NCBI GenBank assembly: GCA_963716725.1
Contig: CAVQUB010000021.1
Location: 224,001-288,000 of the forward strand
DNA length: 64,000 nucleotides
Source of the DNA: an uncultured delta proteobacterium
GTDB lineage: Bacteria; Myxococcota_A; Polyangia; Polyangiales; Polyangiaceae
Direction: 5' to 3'
Under the pieces are notes generated by a model. The model was not told the DNA's origin and made no database searches. It was given only the letters and a program-made list of their open reading frames with translations. Shown here in pieces: positions 35,995 to 45,706 of this stretch. Position 1 is the first letter of the stretch, and every line of letters starts with the position of its first letter. Made by a program: the position numbers and the translations under genes.

Positions 35995-37260
35995 ATGCGG
36001 TCCCGAGCTCTCCTGCCTTTGTCACCTCTGCTGTTCGCCTTCGGGGTGGCGTTCGGCGCCGAGGGCAGCGCCGCGGCGCAAGCAGCAGAAGACGTCGCGC
36101 GCCTGCCGACCGTCACGCGGTCGAGCTTCATTCGACTCCGGGTGGTCAGCGGCCTGGAAACCGCCCGCGCCATCGCCGGAATGCTGCCCCCGCTCGGCGG
36201 ACGCGTGCTGCGTTCCAGCGAGGCCGAGACCGCGGCCGAGGTGCCCACGGCCCGCTATCGGGATTTCGTCGCAGAACTGCGGCGCCTCGGTGAGCTCCAA
36301 AAGGAGCAGGTCTCCTCCAAGGATGTCAGCGCAGCGCTTGCCGATGCGGAGTCGGAAGCACGGGCCGCCCGCGCTGCTTTCGAGCGGCGCCGCCAGATGG
36401 CGCGGGTCGCTACCGGCGTGAACGACAAGCTGGCGCTGGAACGCGAGCTCTCGAGCGCTTCGAGCCGGGCCCTGCTCGCGGAAGGTCGCGTGCGTGAGCT
36501 GCAGTCCAGTGGCGAGGCCGTGAACGTCACCGTCAGCTTCGAGACAGAAGCCAAGGAGCCCATCGAAGCGTCGCAGCTCCCCTTCCCCTGGCTCGACGAT
36601 CTCGGGCTCGAGCGCCTGGCAAATCCGCCGTCGCAGCGCTCCGATCAGTCGCGAGCGCTTCGCTCGCTCACTGACTTCGGCTTGACGCTGAACACGGCCT
36701 ACGTGCCCCGCGCCGAAGCGCTGGATGGCACCAAGCTCGCCGTCGCCCTCGGATTCGACCTGCGATCGCTGGGCGAGGCCAACCCCATCGGTCTGTTCGG
36801 CGGCTTCGATCTCGCGGCGGGCGCCAGCGCTGGCTTCGTCTACGGCAGCCACTTCGTGCTCGGCGCCGGCATGCCCCTCGGAAAGCGCTTTGCGTTTGGC
36901 GTGGGAGCGGGCGGCGGCATCGACGGCATCACCTCGGTGGTGCCCATCGGGCTCGTGGTCCCCGTCGAAGTCTGGGTCGGCTGGGATCTCGCGGACTTCA
37001 TGCACCTGAGCTTGCGCGCGCAGAACGCCTGGGTCCCAGCCTCCGACGAGCGAAGGCACGGCTCGGAGCGCGCGCTCTTCGGGGACGAGCTCTCCGCCGG
37101 GCTGCACGTCGTGATCGACGAGCGCAGCGACTGGGGCAGCTCGCAGCGTCGCGGCGGGCTGCTGGTGGGCGCGGGTTATCGCGAGCTGATGGGGACGAGC
37201 GTGGTCGAGCTACGACTCGGAATTGGCGGGGTTAATTCAGGTTTTTCAGGCGATTATTGA
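35995..37260 (+). CDS. DUF4349-like domain fused to a C-terminal beta-strand-rich domain
   Basis: signal peptide; EVPTARYRDF..LG..VSSKDVS and LERELS..EG pattern; Gly/aromatic strands after it. Confidence 0.6.
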   Translation: MRSRALLPLSPLLFAFGVAFGAEGSAAAQAAEDVARLPTVTRSSFIRLRVVSGLETARAIAGMLPPLGGRVLRSSEAETAAEVPTARYRDFVAELRRLGELQKEQVSSKDVSAALADAESEARAARAAFERRRQMARVATGVNDKLALERELSSASSRALLAEGRVRELQSSGEAVNVTVSFETEAKEPIEASQLPFPWLDDLGLERLANPPSQRSDQSRALRSLTDFGLTLNTAYVPRAEALDGTKLAVALGFDLRSLGEANPIGLFGGFDLAAGASAGFVYGSHFVLGAGMPLGKRFAFGVGAGGGIDGITSVVPIGLVVPVEVWVGWDLADFMHLSLRAQNAWVPASDERRHGSERALFGDELSAGLHVVIDERSDWGSSQRRGGLLVGAGYRELMGTSVVELRLGIGGVNSGFSGDY

Positions 37261-37370
37261 GTGCCACTTGCTAACATCGACACTCTGCGTCAACCTTCTT
37301 GACGACGCGGTGCGGCACGGGCCGTCCGACCGTCAGCACGGGTCCGAGCAGGGGGGAGGAGCAACCAGCC

Positions 37371-39212
37371 ATGTCCCTTCCCCAGAACCGCTACAAGGCC
37401 GACCTTCGTGAGATCCAGTTCGTGTTGTTCGAGCAGTTCGGCCTCGGCGACCTGCTTGGACGCGAGCCGTACGAGGACTGGGGCGAAGACGAAGTCAGGC
37501 TGACGCTGAGCGAGGTCTACCGCTTTGCGACGGAGGTGACTGGACCGCTCAACTCCGTCGGAGACAGCGAAGGCTGCCGGATCGAAGACGGCCAGGTGAT
37601 CACGCCGACGGGATTCAAAGACGCTTGGAAGAAGATCTACGAGAGCGGGTTCAAGAGCCTGATCGTGCCAGCCGAGTACGGTGGACAGGGCGCGCCGCGG
37701 GTGCTCTCCGCCATCACGATCGAGCTCACTAGCGGGTCGAACACCGCCTTCGACATGTACCCGGGTCTGACCATCGGCGCTGCGGATCTAATCGAAGCCT
37801 TCGGCACTCCCGAGCAACGCGAACGCTACTGCCACAAGATGTTCTCCGGCGAGTGGGCCGGCACCATGTGCCTGACCGAGCCCCAAGCCGGCTCGGACGT
37901 CGGCGCCGCGTCCACCTTCGCCAAGAAGAACGCCGACGGCACTTACGACATCACCGGCACGAAGCTCTTCATCAGCGGCGGCGACCACGACCTGACCGAG
38001 AACATCATCCACATGGTGCTGGCGCGCACCGAGGGCGCGCCCAAGGGCACCAAGGGTCTGTCGCTGTTCATCGTGTCCAAGCGGCGCATCGAGGCCGACG
38101 GCACGTCCGGCGAGTCCAACGACGTCAAGTGCGCGTCGATCGAGCACAAGATGGGCATCAACGGCTCGTCCACCGCGCTCCTGCAGTTCGGCGACGACGG
38201 CACGTGCATCGGCGAGCTGTGCGGCACCGACGAGCAGCAGGGCATCCGACAGATGTTCAAGATGATGAACTACGCGCGCATCGGCGTCGGTCTGCAGGGG
38301 CTGGGCATCGCCTCCGCGGCCTATTTCTCAGCCTTGGACTACGCCAAGGAGCGCAAGCAGGGCGCGAGCGCTGCGACCTGGAAGGATCCCGACGCGCCGC
38401 GAGTTCCCATCATCGAGCACGCCAACGTGCGCCGCATGCTGCTCTGGATGAAGGCGCACGTCGAGGGCGTGCGCGCGCTGATCGTCAAGGGCGCGATGCA
38501 CCTCGATCAGGCGGCCATGCTCGCGGGCAAAGACGACGAGCAGGCCCTTTACCACCAAGGCCAGGTCGAGTTGCTCACGCCGCTGATCAAGGCTTACTCG
38601 TCGGACACGGCGTTCCGCGTCGCCGAGATCGCGATTCAGGTGCACGGTGGCGTCGGCTACACCTGCGACTATCCGGTCGAGCAGCACGCTCGCGACGCCA
38701 AGATCTTCAGCATCTACGAGGGCACCAACGGAATTCAGGCTCTCGACTTGGTCGCGCGCAAGCTGGGCCAAGCCGGAGGCGTGAACACCCAACGCTTCCT
38801 CGGCGACATCGCCACGTTCGTCGACAAGCACCGCGAACACCCCGCGCTCGGCCCCAGCATCGCGCAACTGGCCTTGGCCCAAGAAGCCGTGGCGAGCTCG
38901 GTCATGCAGTTGCTTGGCTGGTTCCAGGCGGGCGAGGTCGCGCGCGTCCCGCTGGTCGCCAATCGGTTCTTGGGCATGATGAGCGAGCTCACGGTGGGGT
39001 GGCTGCTGCTCGACGCGGCGGTCATCGCCCTCGAAAAGCAGAAAGGCCTCGCCGAGAGCGACCGCGATCACGCCTTTTACGAAGGCAAGCGCCACGCGGC
39101 GAACTTCTTCGCCCAGCAGGTGCTGCCCGGGGTGGTGGGCTCCGCCAAGATGCTCGCTGGCGGTGACACCAGTGCGCTCGACATCCCCGACGCTGCGTTC
39201 GCCAGCGTATAG
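37371..39212 (+). CDS. acyl-CoA dehydrogenase
   Basis: GTMCLTEPQAGSD, GTKLFIS, GTKGLSLF, EHKMGI, QVHGGVGY, IYEGTNGIQA; GGAGG RBS. Confidence 0.95.
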   Translation: MSLPQNRYKADLREIQFVLFEQFGLGDLLGREPYEDWGEDEVRLTLSEVYRFATEVTGPLNSVGDSEGCRIEDGQVITPTGFKDAWKKIYESGFKSLIVPAEYGGQGAPRVLSAITIELTSGSNTAFDMYPGLTIGAADLIEAFGTPEQRERYCHKMFSGEWAGTMCLTEPQAGSDVGAASTFAKKNADGTYDITGTKLFISGGDHDLTENIIHMVLARTEGAPKGTKGLSLFIVSKRRIEADGTSGESNDVKCASIEHKMGINGSSTALLQFGDDGTCIGELCGTDEQQGIRQMFKMMNYARIGVGLQGLGIASAAYFSALDYAKERKQGASAATWKDPDAPRVPIIEHANVRRMLLWMKAHVEGVRALIVKGAMHLDQAAMLAGKDDEQALYHQGQVELLTPLIKAYSSDTAFRVAEIAIQVHGGVGYTCDYPVEQHARDAKIFSIYEGTNGIQALDLVARKLGQAGGVNTQRFLGDIATFVDKHREHPALGPSIAQLALAQEAVASSVMQLLGWFQAGEVARVPLVANRFLGMMSELTVGWLLLDAAVIALEKQKGLAESDRDHAFYEGKRHAANFFAQQVLPGVVGSAKMLAGGDTSALDIPDAAFASV

Positions 39213-39253
39213 TCGCGGGGGCGATGGCGGCCCGTCGCCAGGCGACACGCAGC

Positions 39254-40051
39254 ATGACTCCCCCGAAGCTCGAACTCGACTGGAGAGGCGATACGCCAGA
39301 CGGCGCGCAGTCCCTCGAGGGTGCCCCGGAAGTCGAGATGCTCGCCGGCAAGGGCCCACCGGGAGATCCCCGCTACATGAGCGCCGAGCTGCGCTCCGAG
39401 CTCTGCGCCATCCTCGAAGGTAGCTGGCTCTCCGTGAGGCAGCAGTTCGAGCGCCTGCAGATGTGGATCGGGTGGGACCAGCCCAACCAGTACGTGGTGC
39501 GCGGATCGGACACGCGGGTGGTGCTCTACGCCGGGGAAGAGCGAGGGATTTGGTCGAACCTTGCGCGCAACTTCAACCCCTTTCACCAGCGCCACATCGA
39601 GTGCCTCACGCTGAATGGCACCCGCGCCATGACCATCGACTTCCCGTTCCGCTTCTTGCTCCGTCGTGGCGAAGTCCAGGCGTGGGATGGCCGTCCCATG
39701 GGGTACCTCCAGGAGCGCTTCCACCTGCTCCGCACCATCTTGGAGGTTCAGTCTCCGAGTGGGGCCACCCAGCTTGTCATTCGCGGGCCCTGGCTCAAGC
39801 TGTTTTCGTTCTCGGACTGGGTCTTCGATGTGACGCAGGGTGAGCGCGTCGTCGCCCGCATCAAGAAGCACTGGAGCGGCTGGCTGCGCGAGTCGCTGGG
39901 CACGTCCGACAACTTCTCGATCGAGTTCGAGCCGCAGTTGGTCGATCCGCGTCTGCGTCAGCTCTTGGTCGCCGCGGCGCTGACGCTCGACCTCGTGCGG
40001 TTCGAGCAGCGCGGCAACCCCGGCACCGCCATGCGTCTCTTGGGCGGTTGA
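39254..40051 (+). CDS. scramblase / LURP-one (tubby C-terminal-like) family protein
   Basis: VRQQFE...NQYVV...AGEE, RIKKHWSG, DNFSIEF, LLVAAALTLD; start may be 39224. Confidence 0.75.
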   Translation: MTPPKLELDWRGDTPDGAQSLEGAPEVEMLAGKGPPGDPRYMSAELRSELCAILEGSWLSVRQQFERLQMWIGWDQPNQYVVRGSDTRVVLYAGEERGIWSNLARNFNPFHQRHIECLTLNGTRAMTIDFPFRFLLRRGEVQAWDGRPMGYLQERFHLLRTILEVQSPSGATQLVIRGPWLKLFSFSDWVFDVTQGERVVARIKKHWSGWLRESLGTSDNFSIEFEPQLVDPRLRQLLVAAALTLDLVRFEQRGNPGTAMRLLGG

Positions 40052-40106
40052 GGGTTGCGGCGAGGTTCGTCGCGAGGGCCCGTGCGACCTGCTAGAGTCG
40101 CGGGCG

Positions 40107-41312
40107 ATGCGGATTGGGCGTACCTGGATCGCGCTTGCCGCCGGGGTGGTGCTCAGCGTCGGCGGTGCGCTTGCCTATCGAGCTGCGCGAAAAGCTCCCG
40201 AGTCGGTCGAGGTCCGCCCTCGCGAGCTCCGCCAGACCGTTGTGAGTAGCGGGCAGGTGATGCCCCCTGCGGAGGTTCGCCTCGAGAGCCTGACGACGAG
40301 CACCGTCGTCGAGATCGCCAAGCGCGAGGGCGACCTGGTGAAGGCCGGAGAACTCCTGATCCGGTTCGACGACAGCGACGCCGACGCCGCTGTCCAGCAG
40401 GGCGAGGCCGCGGTGGCGCAAGCGCGCGCGGGAAAGAGCTCGATCAAGGTCACGACTCTGCCGCAGGCGGCCGAGACTCTGAACCAGATCCGCGCAAACC
40501 TGAGCGTCGCACGGGTTGAGTTGAAGCGGCAGAAGACGCTCTTCGAGAGCGGCGTCACCACGGCCTCGGCCCTCGAGTCCGCGCAGAACGCCGTCCGCAT
40601 CTACGAGAGCCAGGAGAAGGCTGCCGACCTGCAGGTCAAGGCAGCGTCGAAGGGTGGGTCCAGCAACCTGAGCGCATCGACCGCCGTCGCCGTCGCCGCC
40701 GCACAGCTCGCCGCCTCCAAGGTATCCAAGGACAGGACGCGCATCGTCGCGCCGATGGACGGCGTCATCACCTCGCGCTCAGTCGAGATCGGCGAGGCAG
40801 TGCGGCCCGGAACGGAGCTCTTGGTGTTGACCGCGAGCGGTCGGACGCGCGTGCTGCTCGAGCCCGACGAGCGTAACCTCGCCCTACTCGAGAAGGGGCA
40901 GCACGCAGTGGTCTCTGCCGAGGCGTATCCGAGCCAGACGTTTGACGCGACGTTGAGCTACATCGCGCCCGCCGTGAACAGCGACCGCGGCACGATCGAG
41001 GTTCGCCTAGACGTGCCCAAACCGCCGGCCTACCTCCGGCCAAACATGACCGTGTCTGTCGAGCTGCAGATCCAGACGCGGCGGAGTGCGCTCGCTCTGC
41101 CCCTCACCACCGTGCAAGATCTGGGCAGCACGCGACCGTGGGTCGGCGTGCTCGACGATCGCGGCAAGGTCTCGCGCCGGGCCGTACAGCTTGGCCTGCG
41201 CGGCGACGAACTGGTCGAGATCACGTCGGGCCTCAGCCAGGGCGAGCGCGTCGTCTACGAACCCACCGTACCCAAGGGCGAGCCGCTGCCCGCTCCGCAG
41301 ATGGGGAAATGA
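40107..41312 (+). CDS. efflux periplasmic adaptor (MacA/HlyD family)
   Basis: N-terminal TM; EGDLVKAGELL, IVAPMDGVI, GEAV, LRPNMTV, ITSGL. Confidence 0.9.
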   Translation: MRIGRTWIALAAGVVLSVGGALAYRAARKAPESVEVRPRELRQTVVSSGQVMPPAEVRLESLTTSTVVEIAKREGDLVKAGELLIRFDDSDADAAVQQGEAAVAQARAGKSSIKVTTLPQAAETLNQIRANLSVARVELKRQKTLFESGVTTASALESAQNAVRIYESQEKAADLQVKAASKGGSSNLSASTAVAVAAAQLAASKVSKDRTRIVAPMDGVITSRSVEIGEAVRPGTELLVLTASGRTRVLLEPDERNLALLEKGQHAVVSAEAYPSQTFDATLSYIAPAVNSDRGTIEVRLDVPKPPAYLRPNMTVSVELQIQTRRSALALPLTTVQDLGSTRPWVGVLDDRGKVSRRAVQLGLRGDELVEITSGLSQGERVVYEPTVPKGEPLPAPQMGK

Positions 41313-41313
41313 A

Positions 41314-42540
41314 GTGCCGCTCGGGTGGTTCGTCGCACTCCGATTCATGTGGGAACAGCGCTCTCAGAATGCGCTGATGGTCACGGGCGTTGGGGTCGGC
41401 GTCGGCGTCCTCGTGTTCATCTCCGCCTTGATCGGCGGCCTCCAGACCTCGCTCATCGATCGCACGACCGGGACTCAGGCGCACGTCGTCGTGACGGCGC
41501 TCGAGCTCGAGGGGCGGCCGGTTCTCGAGGCTGATCCAGCGGACTCTGTCGCGTACTTGCGCCGCGTCGAGCGCCCGATCCAACGCATTCGGTCGATTCC
41601 GGATTTCCGGAAGCACGAGCGAAACATCGCCACGGTGAGCGGCGTGACCGCAACCGCGCCGGTCGCGACGGGACCGGCCCTGGCCATGCGGGGCGCGACC
41701 GAGCGGTCGGTCGTGGTGATGGGAGCCGACGCTGAGCGGCTCGAGAACGTGATTGCGATCCGCCAGAATGTCGTCAAGGGAAGCTACGGCGTGAACGGCA
41801 CCGACGTGGTGCTCGGCGTCGATCTCGCCACCGACCTCGGCGTCGGGCTCGGCGACCGAGTGCGGTTGCGTACCGCGCGCGGCGAGGGTCAGCTGTTCAT
41901 CGTCCGCGGCCTGGTCGACATGGGCAATCAGGGCCTGAACAAGAGCTGGGCACTCATGAGCCTCCGCAATGCCCAAACCCTGCTCGAGCTCGGCGGGGCG
42001 TCGACGTCGATCTACGTGCGCGTTCGAGATCTCTATGCAGCCGACGCCGCCGCGCAGCGCATCGGGCGTGTTACGGGGCTCACCTCGCGGAGCTGGATGG
42101 AGAGCAACGCCCAGCTCTTGACGGCGCTCGAGTCGCAGAGCGCCTCGACCACCATGATCCGATTCTTCGTGGTCGTGAGTGTGGCCATCGGCATCGCCAG
42201 CGTGCTCGTCGTCTCGGTCATCCAGCGCTCGCGAGAGATCGGGATTCTCCGGGCCATGGGCACGTCACGAGGCGGCATCCTGCGCATTTTCCTGATCCAA
42301 GGAGCAATCGTGGGGCTCCTGGGCAGCGCCGTCGGCTGCGGCATGGGCGCCGGTCTGTCCGTCGGCTTCCAGGCTGCGGTCCGCAACGCAGACGGCTCTC
42401 CCCTCTTTCCGTTCACCCTCACCGCCGAGCTCTTCCTGACTTCGGCCGCGGTTGCCACATTCGCCGGGGTCCTCGCGGCAATCGTGCCCGCCCGTCGGGC
42501 AGCGCGCCTCGATCCAGCGGAGGCGATCCGCTATGGTTGA
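41314..42540 (+). CDS. ABC transporter permease (MacB/FtsX/LolC-like)
   Basis: [30 protein letters not shown]. Confidence 0.92.
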   Translation: MPLGWFVALRFMWEQRSQNALMVTGVGVGVGVLVFISALIGGLQTSLIDRTTGTQAHVVVTALELEGRPVLEADPADSVAYLRRVERPIQRIRSIPDFRKHERNIATVSGVTATAPVATGPALAMRGATERSVVVMGADAERLENVIAIRQNVVKGSYGVNGTDVVLGVDLATDLGVGLGDRVRLRTARGEGQLFIVRGLVDMGNQGLNKSWALMSLRNAQTLLELGGASTSIYVRVRDLYAADAAAQRIGRVTGLTSRSWMESNAQLLTALESQSASTTMIRFFVVVSVAIGIASVLVVSVIQRSREIGILRAMGTSRGGILRIFLIQGAIVGLLGSAVGCGMGAGLSVGFQAAVRNADGSPLFPFTLTAELFLTSAAVATFAGVLAAIVPARRAARLDPAEAIRYG

Positions 42541-43282
42541 GTCGACGGGCGTCGCCGCTCCCGACACCAGCACACAGCGCCGGCCGCCAGTCCTCGAGCT
42601 CAGCGGCATCGTGAAGGATTTTGGCGTGGACGAGACCCGCGTGCGCGTACTGCACGGTCTCGAACTCCGGGTCGAGCCGGGGGAGCTGATCGCGATCATC
42701 GGCCCCTCCGGCAGCGGCAAGAGCACGCTGCTCGGCATCATCGGTCTCTTGATGCCCGCGACCGCGGGCTCGCTGCGCCTGACCGGCCAGGATGTGGCTC
42801 AGATGGACGACACGACGCGCACGCGGTTCCGCGGAGAGCGGATTGGCTTCGTCTTCCAGTTTCACCATTTGATCTCGGGCCTCACCGCAGCCGAGAACCT
42901 GATGATGCCTCTGATCATTCGCCGAGGCCGCATCACGCCGGACATGCGCGAGACGGCGCGCGCCGCGCTGGTCGAGGTCGGCCTTGGACACAAAATGGAT
43001 GCCCGTCCCACGCAGATGTCAGGCGGCGAGCAACAGCGCGTGGCCGTCGCACGGGCGCTCATCGGTCACCCACCACTGGTCCTCGCCGACGAACCGACCG
43101 GCAACCTCGACACTGAAAACTCGGAAAAGATCTTCGACTTGATGCGTCGCTACAATCGCGACCGCGAGACGGCGATCGTGACCGTCACGCACGATCCGCG
43201 GATCGCGGCGCGATGCGATCGCATCGTGAGCGTCGTCGACGGACGTATCGAGGACGAAGCACCGGTCCAGAGAGAGGCCTGA
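42533..43282 (+). CDS. ABC transporter ATP-binding protein (LolD/MacB-like)
   Basis: [36 protein letters not shown]. Confidence 0.95.
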   Translation: MVESTGVAAPDTSTQRRPPVLELSGIVKDFGVDETRVRVLHGLELRVEPGELIAIIGPSGSGKSTLLGIIGLLMPATAGSLRLTGQDVAQMDDTTRTRFRGERIGFVFQFHHLISGLTAAENLMMPLIIRRGRITPDMRETARAALVEVGLGHKMDARPTQMSGGEQQRVAVARALIGHPPLVLADEPTGNLDTENSEKIFDLMRRYNRDRETAIVTVTHDPRIAARCDRIVSVVDGRIEDEAPVQREA

Positions 43283-43418
43283 GAGCGCCTTGGGTCGCCC
43301 TCTCGAGCGTCTCGCAAGCTGCTCTGCGCCGAGGAGCGAGACTTCTCGCTGCGTGAAGAGAGAAGCGCCGGGGCGCTCCGAGGGAGGCGGGCGCGTCCCA
43401 CCCCGCTCTCACCTGAGA

Positions 43419-44984
43419 TCACCGCGCGCTTCGGCTCGAGGCGAGCTCGTGCAGGTACACCTCGAGGTTGGTGTAGCCGGGTGCGCGCAACCTGGAGACA
43501 GACAGGGTGGTGGCGTTGCCGTCCTTCGGGTTCGCAGAGTCGAGCCCGTGTTGCTTCTCCCACGCATCGTCGATGCCGTCACCGTCGGCGTCGGGCGGTG
43601 AAGCGGGCGGCGAGCGCGGGTCGAACGCAAGGCTCAAGGCGTCGCCCGCCGGGTTGCGATCGCTCGGCGAGGCGTCGAATCCCCTGGCACGAACCGGCGC
43701 GGTGAGGCGGCGGTCCATCGGGTCGCGCGGGAGGGCTCCAGCCGTGTCGACGACCGAGCTGATCGTGGCCTCGCCGGCGGGCAAGTACGACACCGCGGGG
43801 AATGCGTGCCGCACTTGCGCGAAGAACTGAGCCGCGCGGGCGGGTCCGTAAGGAAACGACCCATCGCGGTCGGCGACGTCGTAGTCGTTGCAGCAGTAGA
43901 TGAGCTCGAGATCGCTGCGCTTCGGAAAGCGAAGGCTGCGGTTGCCCGACAAGAAGAGGCTCGAACCAGCCGCCAGCGCCTGCGGTTTTGGCGTCTCCTC
44001 GATGGTGAGCATCCCGTATGCGCGCTGCGGCGCGAGGCCGTACACGTTGCCGACGAAGTTGATGCGCCAATGCACCGGCTTCTTGGTCTGCGGATTGGCG
44101 CCGGCGAGCCACATCGGGCGGTGCGGGTCCCAGATCACGTTGTTGGCGATTTCGAGCTCCGCGGTCGTTCCGTCGCTCGAAGCGAAGTTTTCGCGTGAAA
44201 GCTCGGGCGTGCGACCCTGAATGCGGACCAAGAGGTTGCGAAGCAGCGCGATCCGCGTGAGCGGAAAGCCGCGCCCCGGATCGGAGTAGTTGATCAGGAT
44301 CCCCCCGAGCTCTGCGTGCGCTCCGAGGGTCTCGGCGATGATCGAGTCCTGCAAGCTCAACTCGCTGGACAGGGAGATCTGCACGGCTTCGTCAGCTGCA
44401 TTGCCGATGGATAGGTGATCGACGATGCCGCGCCGGGCGCGATGAAAGCGCAGGCCGTCGCCGCTGCCAACGGCGTCATCGGAGCCGGCGGGCCGGATCC
44501 GCAGATGACGAACCACGAAGTTCGACGGTGATTGGCCCGGCAAGGGACAGCCCTCTTGTTCACAGACGGTGTCACCTTGGATCATCAGGCCGCGCAAGAT
44601 CACCCCGCCGGGGGAGGTCTGCCCGGCGATTGTCACGTCACCCTTTTGGAGGACGGGCACACCGGCGACCACGCCGCTCACGTGAAAGACGATCGTGCGA
44701 GGCCCATCGGCGTCGAGCGCCGCCTGGAGCGAGCCAGGCCCCGAAGCCGCCAGCGTCGTCACTGCGATGACGCGCCCACCTCGGCCGCCGGTAGCGATCG
44801 CGCCGAAGCCCTCGGCGCCCGGAAATGCGACGGGGCCGCCTCCCGCTGGCGGAAGCGCTGCGGCCGCGCCCGGGGGCTTCGCGCCTTCGTTTGGCGCCGC
44901 GACCACACTCTTGTTCCGCGGCCGATTGCACATCACTACGAGAGGCAGCGCTGCAAGGAACCCGCCGAAGGCTCGGAGACGCAT
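43419..44984 (-). CDS. pectate lyase-like (PL1, beta-helix) secreted protein
   Basis: AFPGAEGFG..TGGRGG, GPGSL, TIAGQTSPG, C-terminal DADGDGIDDAWE and YTNLEVYL. Confidence 0.8.
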   Translation of the reverse strand: MRLRAFGGFLAALPLVVMCNRPRNKSVVAAPNEGAKPPGAAAALPPAGGGPVAFPGAEGFGAIATGGRGGRVIAVTTLAASGPGSLQAALDADGPRTIVFHVSGVVAGVPVLQKGDVTIAGQTSPGGVILRGLMIQGDTVCEQEGCPLPGQSPSNFVVRHLRIRPAGSDDAVGSGDGLRFHRARRGIVDHLSIGNAADEAVQISLSSELSLQDSIIAETLGAHAELGGILINYSDPGRGFPLTRIALLRNLLVRIQGRTPELSRENFASSDGTTAELEIANNVIWDPHRPMWLAGANPQTKKPVHWRINFVGNVYGLAPQRAYGMLTIEETPKPQALAAGSSLFLSGNRSLRFPKRSDLELIYCCNDYDVADRDGSFPYGPARAAQFFAQVRHAFPAVSYLPAGEATISSVVDTAGALPRDPMDRRLTAPVRARGFDASPSDRNPAGDALSLAFDPRSPPASPPDADGDGIDDAWEKQHGLDSANPKDGNATTLSVSRLRAPGYTNLEVYLHELASSRSAR

Positions 44985-45154
44985 TGATCCCAAAGCCTCT
45001 CATGCCGCGGTACGGTGGTCGAGCCGAGCGAGCCGCCAACCAATCTTCGCCCCCGTCGGCAGCGGAACGGCGCTCGCGGGACCTGAAGCCTCGACGCGCC
45101 CCAACTCGGGACAAGACGTTGCCGCCAACAGCACGAACGATGAATACTACGGCG

Positions 45155-45538
45155 ATGTGGAAAACGAGGAGTCGACTCGTCGCCTCGGCGTTGCTCTTCT
45201 TTGCGACCGTCGCTCGGGCCGACGTCCCCCCGATGGACAGTTGTGGCCCGGCGGGCTCGATCTGCAAGAACGCCGGCAACAACGCCGATGAGTCGGGCAT
45301 TTGCAAGAAGGCGACTTGTTCGCGCTCCAGCCCCGACGGCACCACCCGCGTCTACGAGTGCAACCGCTGCGCCGCCGGTGTCAGCGCATTGACGAAGGGC
45401 TGTGAAATGGGCCGAGATGGGGGAGAGCCGCCGGTGCCGCTGGTGATCCTGGCCATCGGAGCGCTGGCCAGGTGGCGACGGGCCGGGACTTCTCGCGGGC
45501 GACCGAGCGCGCAGCCACGCGGGCAACGCGGGTTCTAG
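45155..45538 (+). CDS. small Cys-rich secreted protein with a MYXO-CTERM-like tail
   Basis: signal peptide ending ARA; six Cys; KGC then hydrophobic stretch then RWRR. Confidence 0.6.
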   Translation: MWKTRSRLVASALLFFATVARADVPPMDSCGPAGSICKNAGNNADESGICKKATCSRSSPDGTTRVYECNRCAAGVSALTKGCEMGRDGGEPPVPLVILAIGALARWRRAGTSRGRPSAQPRGQRGF

Positions 45539-45706
45539 ACCGAGCCCCCAGAGCCCCCAGGCGCCCGGCGCTGCCCCTAGACCGTGCCCACCGGTTCGGT
45601 TAAGATTCTAGGTTTAGAGGTCGTAGTCAGTAGGGAACATGCTGCTGGAACCAGAGCGACTCCGCTTGGCACTCTCCGTCGGCACTTCGAGGGGGGCGCG
45701 GCGAGC

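Noticed and set aside
43283..43418. Third MITE copy between the ABC ATPase and pectate lyase
   Set aside because: Some short palindromes but no alignment to the two copies and no clear TIRs.
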